Source: Naegleria gruberi (Eukaryota). Taken from it: a DNA stretch of 20,478 nt. The DNA lies in the NCBI GenBank assembly GCA_000004985.1, contig GG738957.1, one strand, 5' to 3'. A model generated the notes under the pieces. It was given only the letters and a program-made list of their open reading frames with translations, did not search any database and was not told where the DNA came from. This document shows, piece after piece, positions 1 to 9,888 of the stretch; the stretch's first letter is position 1, and every line of letters starts with the position of its first letter. A program made the position numbers and the translations under genes.

Positions 1-2470
1 TCAATCTTCATAACATCAGTAAAATCATCAGATTGGACTACTGCAATGTAATCATCAAGCATGGAATGATACATTTTAAATCTTTTTCGTACTGAATCAA
101 ATCTTGACTTGTCAACGGTACCCGTAGATTGATATTCCTTCATTAAATATCTGTATTCCAACAAGATAGAAAATGGCGTAATTGGAAGAATAGCAGCGTT
201 GATCATTACTGTCAACTGGGTGTTCTGATTGGCTATAAAAACATTGCAAAGCTGGGCCACCAATACTAGCACAATAGAAATCACAATAAGGGAAATGAAA
301 AATGTAGAAAAACACCAGTTGGTACTTTCTCTTTTGATGGCTACTCTATAAATTTCTTTCGCCTTTTCTTGAGGATTAATCCTGTCATCCTTGTACATTG
401 ATGCAGATTCTAGCTCTGCAAAGTCTTCCAATTGTTGCTCAACACTTTTTCTCCTCTCATATAATGCCAAATTACGAGCCTCTTTCAAAGGATGAACTCT
501 GTTGGCTTTCTGGTGTGAGAAAGACATTTTACGTTTGCGAGCTTCATTCTCTTCCATTTGATTCGCTCTCTGTGAATATTTAACTCAAATCTCTTTAAAT
601 TCATATTACTTACTTCATAAAAATCATCAGCTGCCTCTTTCTCATAAAGAACTTGTTCCAAGAATCGAGCATAAGTTCTATAGACACTCTTCTCACGTTT
701 ACCAGAGACTAGATTCTGTAAAATGTCATTGCATGACTCAATTTCAATGGAAATGTTACGAATGGATGATTCGAGTGCTCTCTCAGAAGAATCCTCTGAT
801 AATAAGGTTTTCCAGAATGACTTTTTCAAAAGAAGAATATTTTCTTGCTTCATTAGAACTTTCTCCAAGTAATTACCAATTTCAGACATGTTAGTACATG
901 TTATTTCTTTCTTTCTTATCATGAAATTCATCTTGTCAATGAAATTGGCAGTATCTATCAATTCCTCAGTTTTCTTCAACAGCAATATGGAAGAAGCTTC
1001 AGAATTCTCAATCAAGTAGTATGTATAAACTATTGCAATAAGTCTATCTTGAAAGGATACATCAATCTTGGAGGAAGATACTGTCTTGATCAACAATTCG
1101 GCATAATCAGAATGTGAACTATCCTTCATAGACCAAATTATGAAATAATCCATATATTTAATTCCTCTGTCTAAGAATAGTTCCCCATCAAGAAGATTAG
1201 CTTCAATATTTTTCTTTACATAGGTTTGCATTAATCGAGAAACAATTTCCAATGACGCAAATCCACAAATAAACCCTAAAATGAATATTGAGAGAGCTAT
1301 TCCCATAAAAATTAAACCAACTGTCTCTGTGTCAATGTTTTTAGAGTTTGTCATGACAGAAAAAGATGTTAATGAGACAGCTGACCATAAAATAGATCCA
1401 ACTAACACTCCAAATATCACTGAATTCTCCACTCTTCTCATGAATGGAAGTCTATAGCATTGCAATACACAAAGTGAAAGGTTTTTCAAAATGAGCAAAA
1501 GTGGTGGAACGTAGTATAATGAAGGTGGAATAACTTGTTGAACAAATGCAAATCCAATATTCGAAGAGATCCACATAGTAGAAAAGAATGGACTGAATGA
1601 AATGAAAACTCCCCTACTCATAGGGTTAATGTCAACCATTATCAATGATGATATTATTGATGTAAATAATGTTGTTAATGCTCCAATGACAGAAATAACT
1701 ATCATTCCAATATTGAGAGAAGACCAACATGCATGTGATTGTTCGAATCCTGATAAGGTCATTGAAGTATAGTCACAATGTAAAAACCGCCCATAGCAAT
1801 ACATCATTGGAACTGCAAATAATACATGAAGGGTACTAAGCAGTCGAGTGATTTGCTTTGCTCTCTCCCAGTATTTACTTCCATTACTAAATGCCTTGTG
1901 ACAAAACAAAAACATTAGGAGAGTTGTGGCCGAAACTATGAATGAAATACAAGCAAAAGCAATCAATCCCTATTAAATCATTAATGGTTATGATTAAATC
2001 CAAAAACAACATACTTCATAGGGTAATAAATCAAAAGATAATGTCCATAGAAAAGCAACTGATCTCATAACCCACCCACCAACGAAACCCCACCTGTACT
2101 CTGAATAGGTGGACAAAGTTACTGTCTGTAATATCAGCCACAAATAAATAATGATAGAAATTAGTGGCCTCGTTGTTTCCTCGACATTCCTCAAAAGTAT
2201 TACTAGAGAGCCAAGCTCCTTAGTGATTTTCCTAGTAATATTGCCTTGGAGACTGGAATCTGATATCCATGATGAAAGACTCTCTTTGCTTTTTGTTGAT
2301 TGGGCTACATAACGTTCTGGTACACTAAATGTAACATTTTGTTGGGCATCATCTGATAGTGCTCCTGATGTGTCGACTGTTGTCTTGTCGTTATGAATAG
2401 AATATTGTTGTAATGCTGAATAGTTCTCTGCATATTCTCCAACGTTTTTTGTTGAGGGATTGAGGGACAT
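1..2470 (-). CDS. Multi-pass (about 9-10 TM) membrane protein of unknown family; three exons in the window (2470..2015, 1969..614, 569..1) and the 3' end continues past the left edge.
   Basis: The ATG at 2470 sits in an A-rich context (atcaaaaaaaATGtcc). Exon 1 (152 aa) has 2 TM helices. Exon 2 is the 485..1966 ORF, 7 TM helices followed by about 250 aa that look cytoplasmic. A GTAAGT donor after codon 616-614 and a CACAG acceptor ending at 570 switch from the frame of the 485..1966 ORF into a second frame that stays open from 569 to 1. That frame gives a protein-like sequence (RANQMEENEARKRK...WCFSTFFISLIVISIVLVLVAQL... with another TM). The ORF track shows only a 493-aa ORF, a 158-aa ORF and an out-of-frame shadow at 112..315. 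Confidence 0.6.
570..613 (-). other. 44-nt intron (GTAAGT...CACAG) producing a frame switch at the 3' end of the membrane-protein gene.
   Basis: The minus strand reads ...ttt tat gaa|gtaagtaatatgaatttaaagagatttgagttaaatattcacag|aga gcg aat caa atg.... After splicing, the downstream frame is open for 189 more codons to the window edge. Without splicing the gene ends 28 codons later at an in-frame TGA. Confidence 0.65.
1970..2014 (-). other. 45-nt intron (GTATGT...TTTAATAG) joining ORF 1994..2470 to ORF 485..1966 in frame (...LLPYE|GLIAFAC...).
   Basis: On the minus strand the sequence reads gaa|gtatgttgtttttggatttaatcataaccattaatgatttaatag|gga. The intron contains an in-frame TAA, and both flanking ORFs are hydrophobic TM-rich sequence. 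The length matches the second intron of the same gene. Confidence 0.5.
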
Positions 2471-2704
2471 TTTTTTTGATTACTGACTATAGTATCTCTT
2501 TACATGATTGATAAGTAAATGAGATAAAACGATAAAGTTGTTTTCAAATGGTAGATTGAATTATTACCACGAAAGTCACAAAATTATAACGTCTACAGAC
2601 ATCAAATTCTCCCTCCAAAGCTGAAGATGTTTCAACTACAACTCTAACCAATGTATTCTAATAATTCACAGTCATCTCAAATGAGAATACATTAATTATC
2701 AAAA

Positions 2705-3445
2705 ATGTCAGCACGAGGAGCTAATCACAATCTCTCAATTCTTCTTCTTTGTATTCTTCTTGTTGTAGTTCTATTGATATCCTATTCTATTGACAATGTT
2801 GAAGGAGCAGTAAAGAAGAAGAAGAAATCCAACAAGGCAGCAGAAACTGTCCTTATTGTAGTCAAGAAAAATAACCAATTTCCAGAACTTGAGGTGAGGG
2901 AATTGAAAAAGGGTCGTAAGAAACAATCCGATCCAATTCAAGCATCTTCCAACAATTATAATCATCAAGGCAAAGCTCAGAATATCCAACAACAACAAGG
3001 AGAAGCTGAAACACTCACAGAAGGAGAGGTATTAGCAGAACAAGCAAACACTGCTGCCCAACCCCAACAACCAACTTCATCTCTTCCCAACAAGACTATC
3101 GCCACAAAGGCACAATTAGAAGCCAACACAAAAACCATGATTATTATCTTTTCTATTGTCGGTTGTATTATTCTTGGATTGGCTTTAATTGGTATTATTG
3201 CTGGAGTAGCCTTTGTGGTCAAACAGAAGAGAAATTATCCTTCTTCTTCGGGTGCTGCTGCTTCATCTAATTGTTGTTCCAAGTTGAAGAATTTGTTGTG
3301 TTGCTGTTGTGCAAGGCGAGCAACCTCCCACAGTAAGAAACATGATGATTATGAGAATGGTAGTAGTGGCGGGTCAATATTGTATCGACAAGATGATGAC
3401 ATGAAGAGGCAATTGTTGGACAAGTTGCAAGATTATGAATTGTAA
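2705..3445 (+). CDS. Mucin-like type-I membrane protein, 246 aa: signal peptide, Q/T/S/N-rich ectodomain, one TM, and a cytoplasmic tail with a CC..CCCC cluster.
   Basis: ATG in context atcaaaaATGtca. Hydrophobic N-terminus LSILLLCILLVVVLLISYS. TM helix MIIIFSIVGCIILGLALIGIIAGVAFVV. The tail SSNCCSKLKNLLCCCCARR contains candidate palmitoylation cysteines. No catalytic motifs seen. Confidence 0.6.
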   Translation: MSARGANHNLSILLLCILLVVVLLISYSIDNVEGAVKKKKKSNKAAETVLIVVKKNNQFPELEVRELKKGRKKQSDPIQASSNNYNHQGKAQNIQQQQGEAETLTEGEVLAEQANTAAQPQQPTSSLPNKTIATKAQLEANTKTMIIIFSIVGCIILGLALIGIIAGVAFVVKQKRNYPSSSGAAASSNCCSKLKNLLCCCCARRATSHSKKHDDYENGSSGGSILYRQDDDMKRQLLDKLQDYEL

Positions 3446-3570
3446 TTTTTTATTTTGAAAATTAGAAAATTTTATTTTCATAATAAAAACCTAAAATCTT
3501 TCTTTCAAATCTGTAACGGTAAAAGCGGCAAAACCTTTTAATCTTCTTATTAAAAAAAAATGAAAAAGAG

Positions 3571-3596
3571 GATGACATGAAGAGGCAATTATTGGA
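3571..3596 (+). repeat. Degenerate direct copy (25/26 nt) of the last coding nucleotides of the upstream gene (3395..3420), followed by a diverged alternative tail.
   Basis: gatgacatgaagaggcaattGttgga at 3395..3420 versus gatgacatgaagaggcaattAttgga at 3571..3596. The copy continues in frame as EDDMKRQLLEWFYVMKLQELYITIATSSK*, compared with the original DDDMKRQLLDKLQDYEL*. Confidence 0.55.
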
Positions 3597-4187
3597 GTGG
3601 TTTTACGTGATGAAACTCCAAGAATTGTACATCACCATCGCAACATCATCTAAATAGTAGTAATAATAGTAATTTTTATTAGTGGGTTAGCATCATGAAA
3701 TTGGAATTTATTTTGCATCATGGAAAAATTCAAGTTGGTGTATCATCATCTGATCATGCAATATTGTTTTCCATCAATAATAGTATTTGTGGAATTAATT
3801 GTTAGTAATTTAATTAAATAAATGAAAAGCCTTTCGGAAAAACAACATATTCTCTCACCTTGTTGTTCTTCATTAACTTGAATCATAACTACTATTTAAA
3901 TAGATAATAAACAAGGTTCATCATTCGATTTTTAACAAGACTTATTAATCAAAGTACTAAATGCTCTTCAATATTCAATTATAAGAAATTTTCAATATAA
4001 CTAAAAAGTTGCTTCAATTCTGCTATTCCATTTCACGTCTCAATTCCTCCCAAAATGGAAGAAAGCTACAAAAAGTTCCCAACATGTCAACTTGTTAAAC
4101 TGGGTTTTAAACCTAATTCACTGCCAACCTTTGATTGACATTTAGAACTCACAAAAAAACAACACAACACCACCACCTGTCAAAACC

Positions 4188-5738
4188 ATGAGTAATGATG
4201 ACAACGACGTGCCCATGACCCCAAGGAGAGCATCCAGACAAGTCCAAACCAAATTCAACTCTCGTGATTATGCTCTCGTATTTGAAGAAGCTATCAAAGA
4301 TAAGGACTGTAGAGCAATTTTTAAGAGATTTCTAAAGAAGAGTCGTTCGGAAGAGTTGATGCAATTTTATGAAGAATATACAAAATATGATGAATTATTC
4401 TTGGAATGTTTGAATGCTAGTAGTTCTGGCGGTTCAGGTGGGAAAGGAAGGAGGAGTACCACAACATCAAAATCTGATGAGGATGACACAGTTTCGAATA
4501 GATTGAGTGTTAATAGTGCAGACTCTTCGACTAAATTGTTTAGGAAAGCAATTCAAAAGTTGTGGATTCAGGCACAAAGCATGATAGGTAGATTTATTCA
4601 ACAAGGTGCTGAACATGAAATTAATATTGGAAGTTTACAGAGAATGACATTTTCTAGGTGGCAAATATTGGATGACTTGACACCTGTTGTTTTTCAAGAA
4701 GCTAATTGGACTGATAATGAATATCAAACACTGTTGAATGTTTATCAAACAAAATTGGATCCTAATGTGTTATTTGAAGGATTATTAATAGCAGTATTAC
4801 AGGATTTAAAGCATGACCAATTTCCAAGATTTGTCAGAAATGATTTACTATTCGATTACTTACAAAAGAAGGGTGAGGTCTACACAAGAGCTATTGCCAT
4901 CAATGTTTCACATGGATTTAATGTTGATGTAAGATTTCAACCAAGTGATTTACAAAGTAAGGTCATTGATGAAAAGATGATTTTCTTTGGATTCACACTT
5001 TTACAAGATACACCAGATTGGGAACTAATCCTCGATAAGGATGATATTCAAGGATACATGTCCAAGACCAGTTACTTCTTTGGAAAGGATACAAGTGTTG
5101 GAAAGGAGAAGAAGGGTTTACGGCTGCATAAATCTGTTTACACATTGCCTTTCTGTATTGAGGATGTTTGGAAAATGGTGTGTAATCAAGAAAATCATTT
5201 AAAATTTGATCCAAAAGCAAATGAGGAATTCAAATTGAGAGATTTTAGGGAACCAAATCAAGATTGTGAATTTGCTGTAACGGAAACAGAAATGGGACCA
5301 AAATTCATGCCCATCATGAAAAGAAGACACTTTCCATTTATTACAACAACTTTTTATGACTCTCGTTTGAAAGGTTATGTGGTTGTCTGTAGAAGTTTCA
5401 ATGATTCTGATAATCACACCGATAGAATTCACTATGATGGTTTTGCATATACCATGTACATACCAAATGGTGATAAGGCAACCAATGTTTTCATGATTGA
5501 CTACTCAGATATCAAAATGCCATTCAAGGCGGCCATTTTGGAGAATACAGCCTACAAATTCCACATTCCAACAGTTCAGAAGGGTATGGTTAAGGTATTG
5601 AATGAACTCACCAATAATAGCACAAAGAATGTAGAGTGGAATGAGTCTATGGATGGAAGACACTGGTGGAAAATGGCAGAATTGCACAAAAATCGTTATC
5701 CTAACAAGTCATGGTATGATGAGTGGTTGAAAAAGTAG
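4188..5738 (+). CDS. RGS-domain protein with a C-terminal START/Bet v1-like domain, 516 aa.
   Basis: ATG in context aaaaccATGagt. RGS signature FEEAIKDKDCRAIFKRFLKKSRSEELMQFYEEYTKYDEL ... AQSMIGRFIQQGAEHEINIGSLQRM, interrupted by a Ser/Gly-rich low-complexity insert. The C-terminal roughly 220 aa (RRHFPFITTTFYDSRLKGYVVVCRSF...HYDGFAYTMYIPNGDKATNVFMIDYSDIKMPF) resembles the START lipid-binding fold by eye. Single exon. Confidence 0.6.
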   Translation: MSNDDNDVPMTPRRASRQVQTKFNSRDYALVFEEAIKDKDCRAIFKRFLKKSRSEELMQFYEEYTKYDELFLECLNASSSGGSGGKGRRSTTTSKSDEDDTVSNRLSVNSADSSTKLFRKAIQKLWIQAQSMIGRFIQQGAEHEINIGSLQRMTFSRWQILDDLTPVVFQEANWTDNEYQTLLNVYQTKLDPNVLFEGLLIAVLQDLKHDQFPRFVRNDLLFDYLQKKGEVYTRAIAINVSHGFNVDVRFQPSDLQSKVIDEKMIFFGFTLLQDTPDWELILDKDDIQGYMSKTSYFFGKDTSVGKEKKGLRLHKSVYTLPFCIEDVWKMVCNQENHLKFDPKANEEFKLRDFREPNQDCEFAVTETEMGPKFMPIMKRRHFPFITTTFYDSRLKGYVVVCRSFNDSDNHTDRIHYDGFAYTMYIPNGDKATNVFMIDYSDIKMPFKAAILENTAYKFHIPTVQKGMVKVLNELTNNSTKNVEWNESMDGRHWWKMAELHKNRYPNKSWYDEWLKK

Positions 5739-5992
5739 CCCCAAAGACAGCAAGAAACCAAGTTTCTTCACTCAATAGTAATTACAACCATTTCAGATTC
5801 CCAATAAGACAAATTGCCGTTTGCAAACTAGAATTACTGAAATCTGAAGTTCAATATTGCTAATATTGCTAATGTTTTGTAGGTGAAAATAACCTAATCT
5901 ATTGCCAAAGCACCAGTAAGGATTTCCCTCAATTGTTCAAAGCAGCTGTATTGTTACTTATTTAAATTATTTATTTTTCTTTTTGAATCAAA

Positions 5993-7666
5993 TTAAAATT
6001 CATTTCCCTTCTTCTTTTTCAATTTGTCAACCTTAATCTTGTCAATCTTCATTTCACGTTGGAAAGCAAGAGATTGCTTGAATCTGTGATGAGTATCCAT
6101 CATAACGAGGCATGTTTCCTTTTCCAAAATGTTAAACATATCTTCTGGAAGAGTTTCAATTTGCTTATCATTGAATTTGTCCAACTTATCCTTAACAGAA
6201 TCCACCAAAACATGTGATATATTGACAGCCATATCACCAGTCACTTCCAAGAATTCAGTAAATATTTCAAAAGCAACTTCATACTTTTTGGCTTCAACTT
6301 CTGCATATTCCCTTTCAAGTGGAGATTCCTTCTTCTTCTTTGATGATTGAGCTGACTCTGCTGAAATATCACTCGAAATATCACTCAATGCATTATTTTC
6401 TTGTCCAAATAATCTCATTTGCAAGTCAATTGAACGTTCACATAACGTTCTATAATATTGAATCTTTTCAAGAAGTAAATAATTTTCAATTGACTTTTCC
6501 TTTTCACAATGAACCTTAAAAAGAGCTCTCAAACCATCATCTTCCATTGTGTCCATTAACATGATTGCATTGGCACGACGAATCTTTTCCAAATATAAAG
6601 AATCACGATTAATAGCATAGGTAAAAACAAAGACAATGATTGGCATAATGACAAATAGTGAAATTGCAATAACAATCAATTGTACCAATGTAATACCCAA
6701 TACTTGTGAATCCTTTTCCTTTTCTCTGTTTTGTATAAAGGCAACTAATTTATCCAGACCTGACTGGAAAATTGCTTTTTCAGAATAGAAATAATCAGAA
6801 CTAATCTTTTCAATTGAATCTTCTGGTTGAGTTTTCAGCATTATCAATGCTTGATTATTCAAAGATACTACCATATTAGAAGCTTCAATAGCTGTAGAAT
6901 TGAATAAAGTTTGAATTGACTTGTCATCCACAGTTTTGAAAATTAAAAGTAAAGTTGATTTCATATCAGCAGTCTTGTTTTTAAATTCATTAATCACAGC
7001 TGAGTGACTTGGTTCATCAACATATCCTGTATAGACATGTTTCAACACCACAGCATTTGAACTTTCGAATAGAGAAGTGACCTTTCCAACAGCAATTAAA
7101 ATATCAGTTGCCTTTGTACTAGCAGTTGCAAATGCAGCAATTGCAACACCTGCCAAAACCAACAAACCAATGACAGTAACCAACATTCCCAATAAACAAG
7201 CCAATTTCATTGAAGTCAACTCAACCACACCACAACATGTACGTAAAGTAATTTTACTCTGACTAAATGAACTACCTGATTTACCACTTTCACTTGGTTG
7301 TCCAAAACCTACTTGAGATTGTCCAAGTTTCGTATTACCATTCACAGCACTACCAGATTGAATCGTAACTTGTTTCTTTCCATTACTATTATTATTAATA
7401 TTACCAGTGATACTTGTTCCACCATTTGTTTTGTTGGGATTATTAGGATTGCTGGTAATGAATGTATTTGTGTTTGGTGGTGTAAATTGATATTGTTGTT
7501 GAGTGGTTGGTTGTTGTTGTTGTTGTAGTGGAGGAGAGGATGAAGTTGAAGCCAATTCTATTGAAGTGGGGTTTGTTGTGTTAATAATATTGTTGGAATC
7601 ATGACTGTTGGAGAGTATTATTGGTGGTGGAGAGGTGGATGTCTCCGGAGAGGTTGTATTCATCAT
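5993..7666 (-). CDS. Receptor-like RGS protein, 557 aa: S/T/N/Q-rich N-terminus, TM1, about 160-aa extracellular loop, TM2, cytoplasmic RGS domain.
   Basis: Two strong TM helices (LACLLGMLVTVIGLLVLAGVAIAAFA and VLGITLVQLIVIAISLFVIMPIIVFVFTYAI). RGS motifs GLRALFKVHCEKEKSIENYLLLEKIQYYR ... KKYEVAFEIFTEFLEVTGDMAVNISHVL ... MMDTHHRFKQSLAFQ. Convergent with the previous gene, with 254 bp between the stops. Confidence 0.65.
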   Translation of the reverse strand: MMNTTSPETSTSPPPIILSNSHDSNNIINTTNPTSIELASTSSSPPLQQQQQPTTQQQYQFTPPNTNTFITSNPNNPNKTNGGTSITGNINNNSNGKKQVTIQSGSAVNGNTKLGQSQVGFGQPSESGKSGSSFSQSKITLRTCCGVVELTSMKLACLLGMLVTVIGLLVLAGVAIAAFATASTKATDILIAVGKVTSLFESSNAVVLKHVYTGYVDEPSHSAVINEFKNKTADMKSTLLLIFKTVDDKSIQTLFNSTAIEASNMVVSLNNQALIMLKTQPEDSIEKISSDYFYSEKAIFQSGLDKLVAFIQNREKEKDSQVLGITLVQLIVIAISLFVIMPIIVFVFTYAINRDSLYLEKIRRANAIMLMDTMEDDGLRALFKVHCEKEKSIENYLLLEKIQYYRTLCERSIDLQMRLFGQENNALSDISSDISAESAQSSKKKKESPLEREYAEVEAKKYEVAFEIFTEFLEVTGDMAVNISHVLVDSVKDKLDKFNDKQIETLPEDMFNILEKETCLVMMDTHHRFKQSLAFQREMKIDKIKVDKLKKKKGNEF

Positions 7667-8413
7667 GATGATAATTTAATAAATTATTATATAAATTATT
7701 ATTAGTATTTGTAGTATTATTATTAATCTAGATTTAAAAGATATGATGATGATTTTATATTTATTTGATGATCATCGTGATGATGATGACGGAGATAAAT
7801 CCGATGATGATGGCGCGATTTTGTGTTGGTTTATACTGTTAAATATTAACTAAAAACCTACCACGAGTTTTATCTATATTGTTAAATGTTTGGCAGTTGT
7901 GTACAATTACTACTGTTGTGTTGTTGTTGAAAGCAAACTAAGTGTTTTTGGTTTTGGAGTTTCTTTTTTACGTTTGTGAAATCTGTTGGTGTGTTGGCTT
8001 GGACTTTTCTTTGGAGTCTGACGAGGTTGTTGCATGTTGAATGGTTTGATAACCTAGAAGAGAATGGCTTGTCATTTTATGGACAGTTGATGGGAATTAA
8101 GTTTCGAATAAGTATGAGAAAGTTTGGGAATTGGTTTACTAATTGGACGGCAATGATGGATTATGGTCATGTGAAGAATTTCGGATGAGATTTGTGAATG
8201 GCTTTTGCTTATTTGCATGTTTCGAATATTCGTGCAACTTTCTTCAAAAAAAATAGATAAAGAAAGAGTCTAACAAATCGAAACAGGTACCTGTTTAAAG
8301 AGTGTTATCATCGCAGTTATCTTTGGTACGATATTTGGATAAAAATCATAGTAGTTCGATTGTAATAAGTTTGTAATGAATATTTCGAATACCAAATAAT
8401 TTATTCTAAACCC

Positions 8414-9724
8414 TTATTGATATTTATGCAATTCAGGATCTTTCAACAACCTTTCCATGTGCTCTCTCCACAAACTCAATTGAACAACTAAACTACCCTT
8501 CTCAACACCTTCCACAATTTTGAAAACGCCATCCAAAATTGTTGGAATTTCACCAACGAAAATTGGACTTTCGTTTGAGAATTTCAAATCGAATAGATTG
8601 AATGCAACCCATGAGGTGGCGAAAACATCAGTTCCAAATAGGACATGCATGTCTGATGGTCTAACTTTTTTAGAAACTGAAATCCAATCAATGAAATCTT
8701 GGACATGTTGTTTGTCCATGGTTCGGTTGACTGCATGTCTGGACACAGGTGCAAGAGTGGATAAATTGGAGTGGAGAATGGATTCGACAGAGATTCTATC
8801 AGATTGTCCATTCATTACTAGATAACCAAAGTAATCTTTTTGGATATTCAATGGTTTTCTTACATTACACGAATGTAAAAGACAAGAAGTTTGAGAATTC
8901 GAAAGGTTTCTTGCTTTGGTGATGAGTTTCCACATGTGTGAACAGAGAGCATCATTGGTACTAATCCATGAGTTTGCATTCGATAGTTCAATAGATGACA
9001 TTGCTTCCTTCTTCATGGCTTGAAGTTCTTTTTCACTGAATTTAATCATCTTGGCAGTACATTGACCAATCTTGGCATACAATTCTTCATAATTGATATG
9101 TTCTTCACTTTGAGTCCAGAATGGAAATGACTTTGGTGATTCCTTATTCGAAACCTTAATCACTTCATTCCTATTCAAGCAATCATATCGTATATTGTCA
9201 ATACTTTCACCCCTGAATAGTTGAGACCATCTATGCAAGAACTGAGCATGAGAATCACCATCTCCTAATTGATGTAACAATTCTGAAACTAACAAAACTC
9301 CACCACATTTGAAATAAGTAACTTGAATTTGAAGTGGAGCATCTTGAATGCCTTTCCATTGGGTGTATAGATCTTTAGGATATTGGTCGTAATCTCCCTT
9401 ATCGAAATCATCAAGGTTAAAATTGGCTTGTGCAATGGTGAAGGGAACACCACAAGTTTCGTTTCGAATATCTACAAACCATTCACCTTCGTTATTTCTT
9501 ACTGTTCTGCCGGCGAATATTGGAAAGATAGATAAAGTCTTTTCCAGTGCACTCATCAGTTCAGTTGCATTCATAAAGTTTGGTTCCGATTTTTCATTTC
9601 TATATGCAAATTGAAAGTGAAATGGAAGAGCAGGTGCCAAATTATCAAATACTGTCAATTTGACTAGTGTTTCTTTGGAAAGTAGTGGTTTGACAAGGAT
9701 TGGAGATTTGCTGACTTGTTGCAT
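8414..9724 (-). CDS. BAHD-family (HXXXD) acyl-CoA-dependent acyltransferase, 436 aa.
   Basis: TYFKCGGVLLVSELLHQLGDGDSHAQFLHRWSQLFRG matches the BAHD core F.CGG....HxxxDG....F...W...RG. Compare HCT RFKCGG...[22 protein letters not shown]. The C-terminal DFGWG motif is degenerate (DLKFSN). The ATG has an A-rich leader (aaaaaaaATGcaa). Confidence 0.7.
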   Translation of the reverse strand: MQQVSKSPILVKPLLSKETLVKLTVFDNLAPALPFHFQFAYRNEKSEPNFMNATELMSALEKTLSIFPIFAGRTVRNNEGEWFVDIRNETCGVPFTIAQANFNLDDFDKGDYDQYPKDLYTQWKGIQDAPLQIQVTYFKCGGVLLVSELLHQLGDGDSHAQFLHRWSQLFRGESIDNIRYDCLNRNEVIKVSNKESPKSFPFWTQSEEHINYEELYAKIGQCTAKMIKFSEKELQAMKKEAMSSIELSNANSWISTNDALCSHMWKLITKARNLSNSQTSCLLHSCNVRKPLNIQKDYFGYLVMNGQSDRISVESILHSNLSTLAPVSRHAVNRTMDKQHVQDFIDWISVSKKVRPSDMHVLFGTDVFATSWVAFNLFDLKFSNESPIFVGEIPTILDGVFKIVEGVEKGSLVVQLSLWREHMERLLKDPELHKYQ

Positions 9725-9888
9725 TTTTTTTATGATGTAATTTCAATTTGAAAATTCAATTTCGTAATTGAATTTCGTAATAATTGACTTACAGCGCTCA
9801 TCCTTATTCAAATCTTTAACACCGCAATTTGGAAATATATTTAAAAATTTATTGTAACACTAGAAAAATATTTAGAATGTGAGAAAAT

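Noticed and set aside
112-315. 67-aa minus-strand ORF at the left edge.
   Set aside because: It is out of frame with, and fully inside, the open frame that continues exon 3 of the membrane-protein gene after the 44-nt intron. It is a shadow ORF.
7976-8188. 70-aa plus-strand ORF in the spacer between the RGS-receptor promoter and the acyltransferase 3' end.
   Set aside because: It has no domain features and sits in a regulatory spacer. There is not enough evidence to call it a gene.
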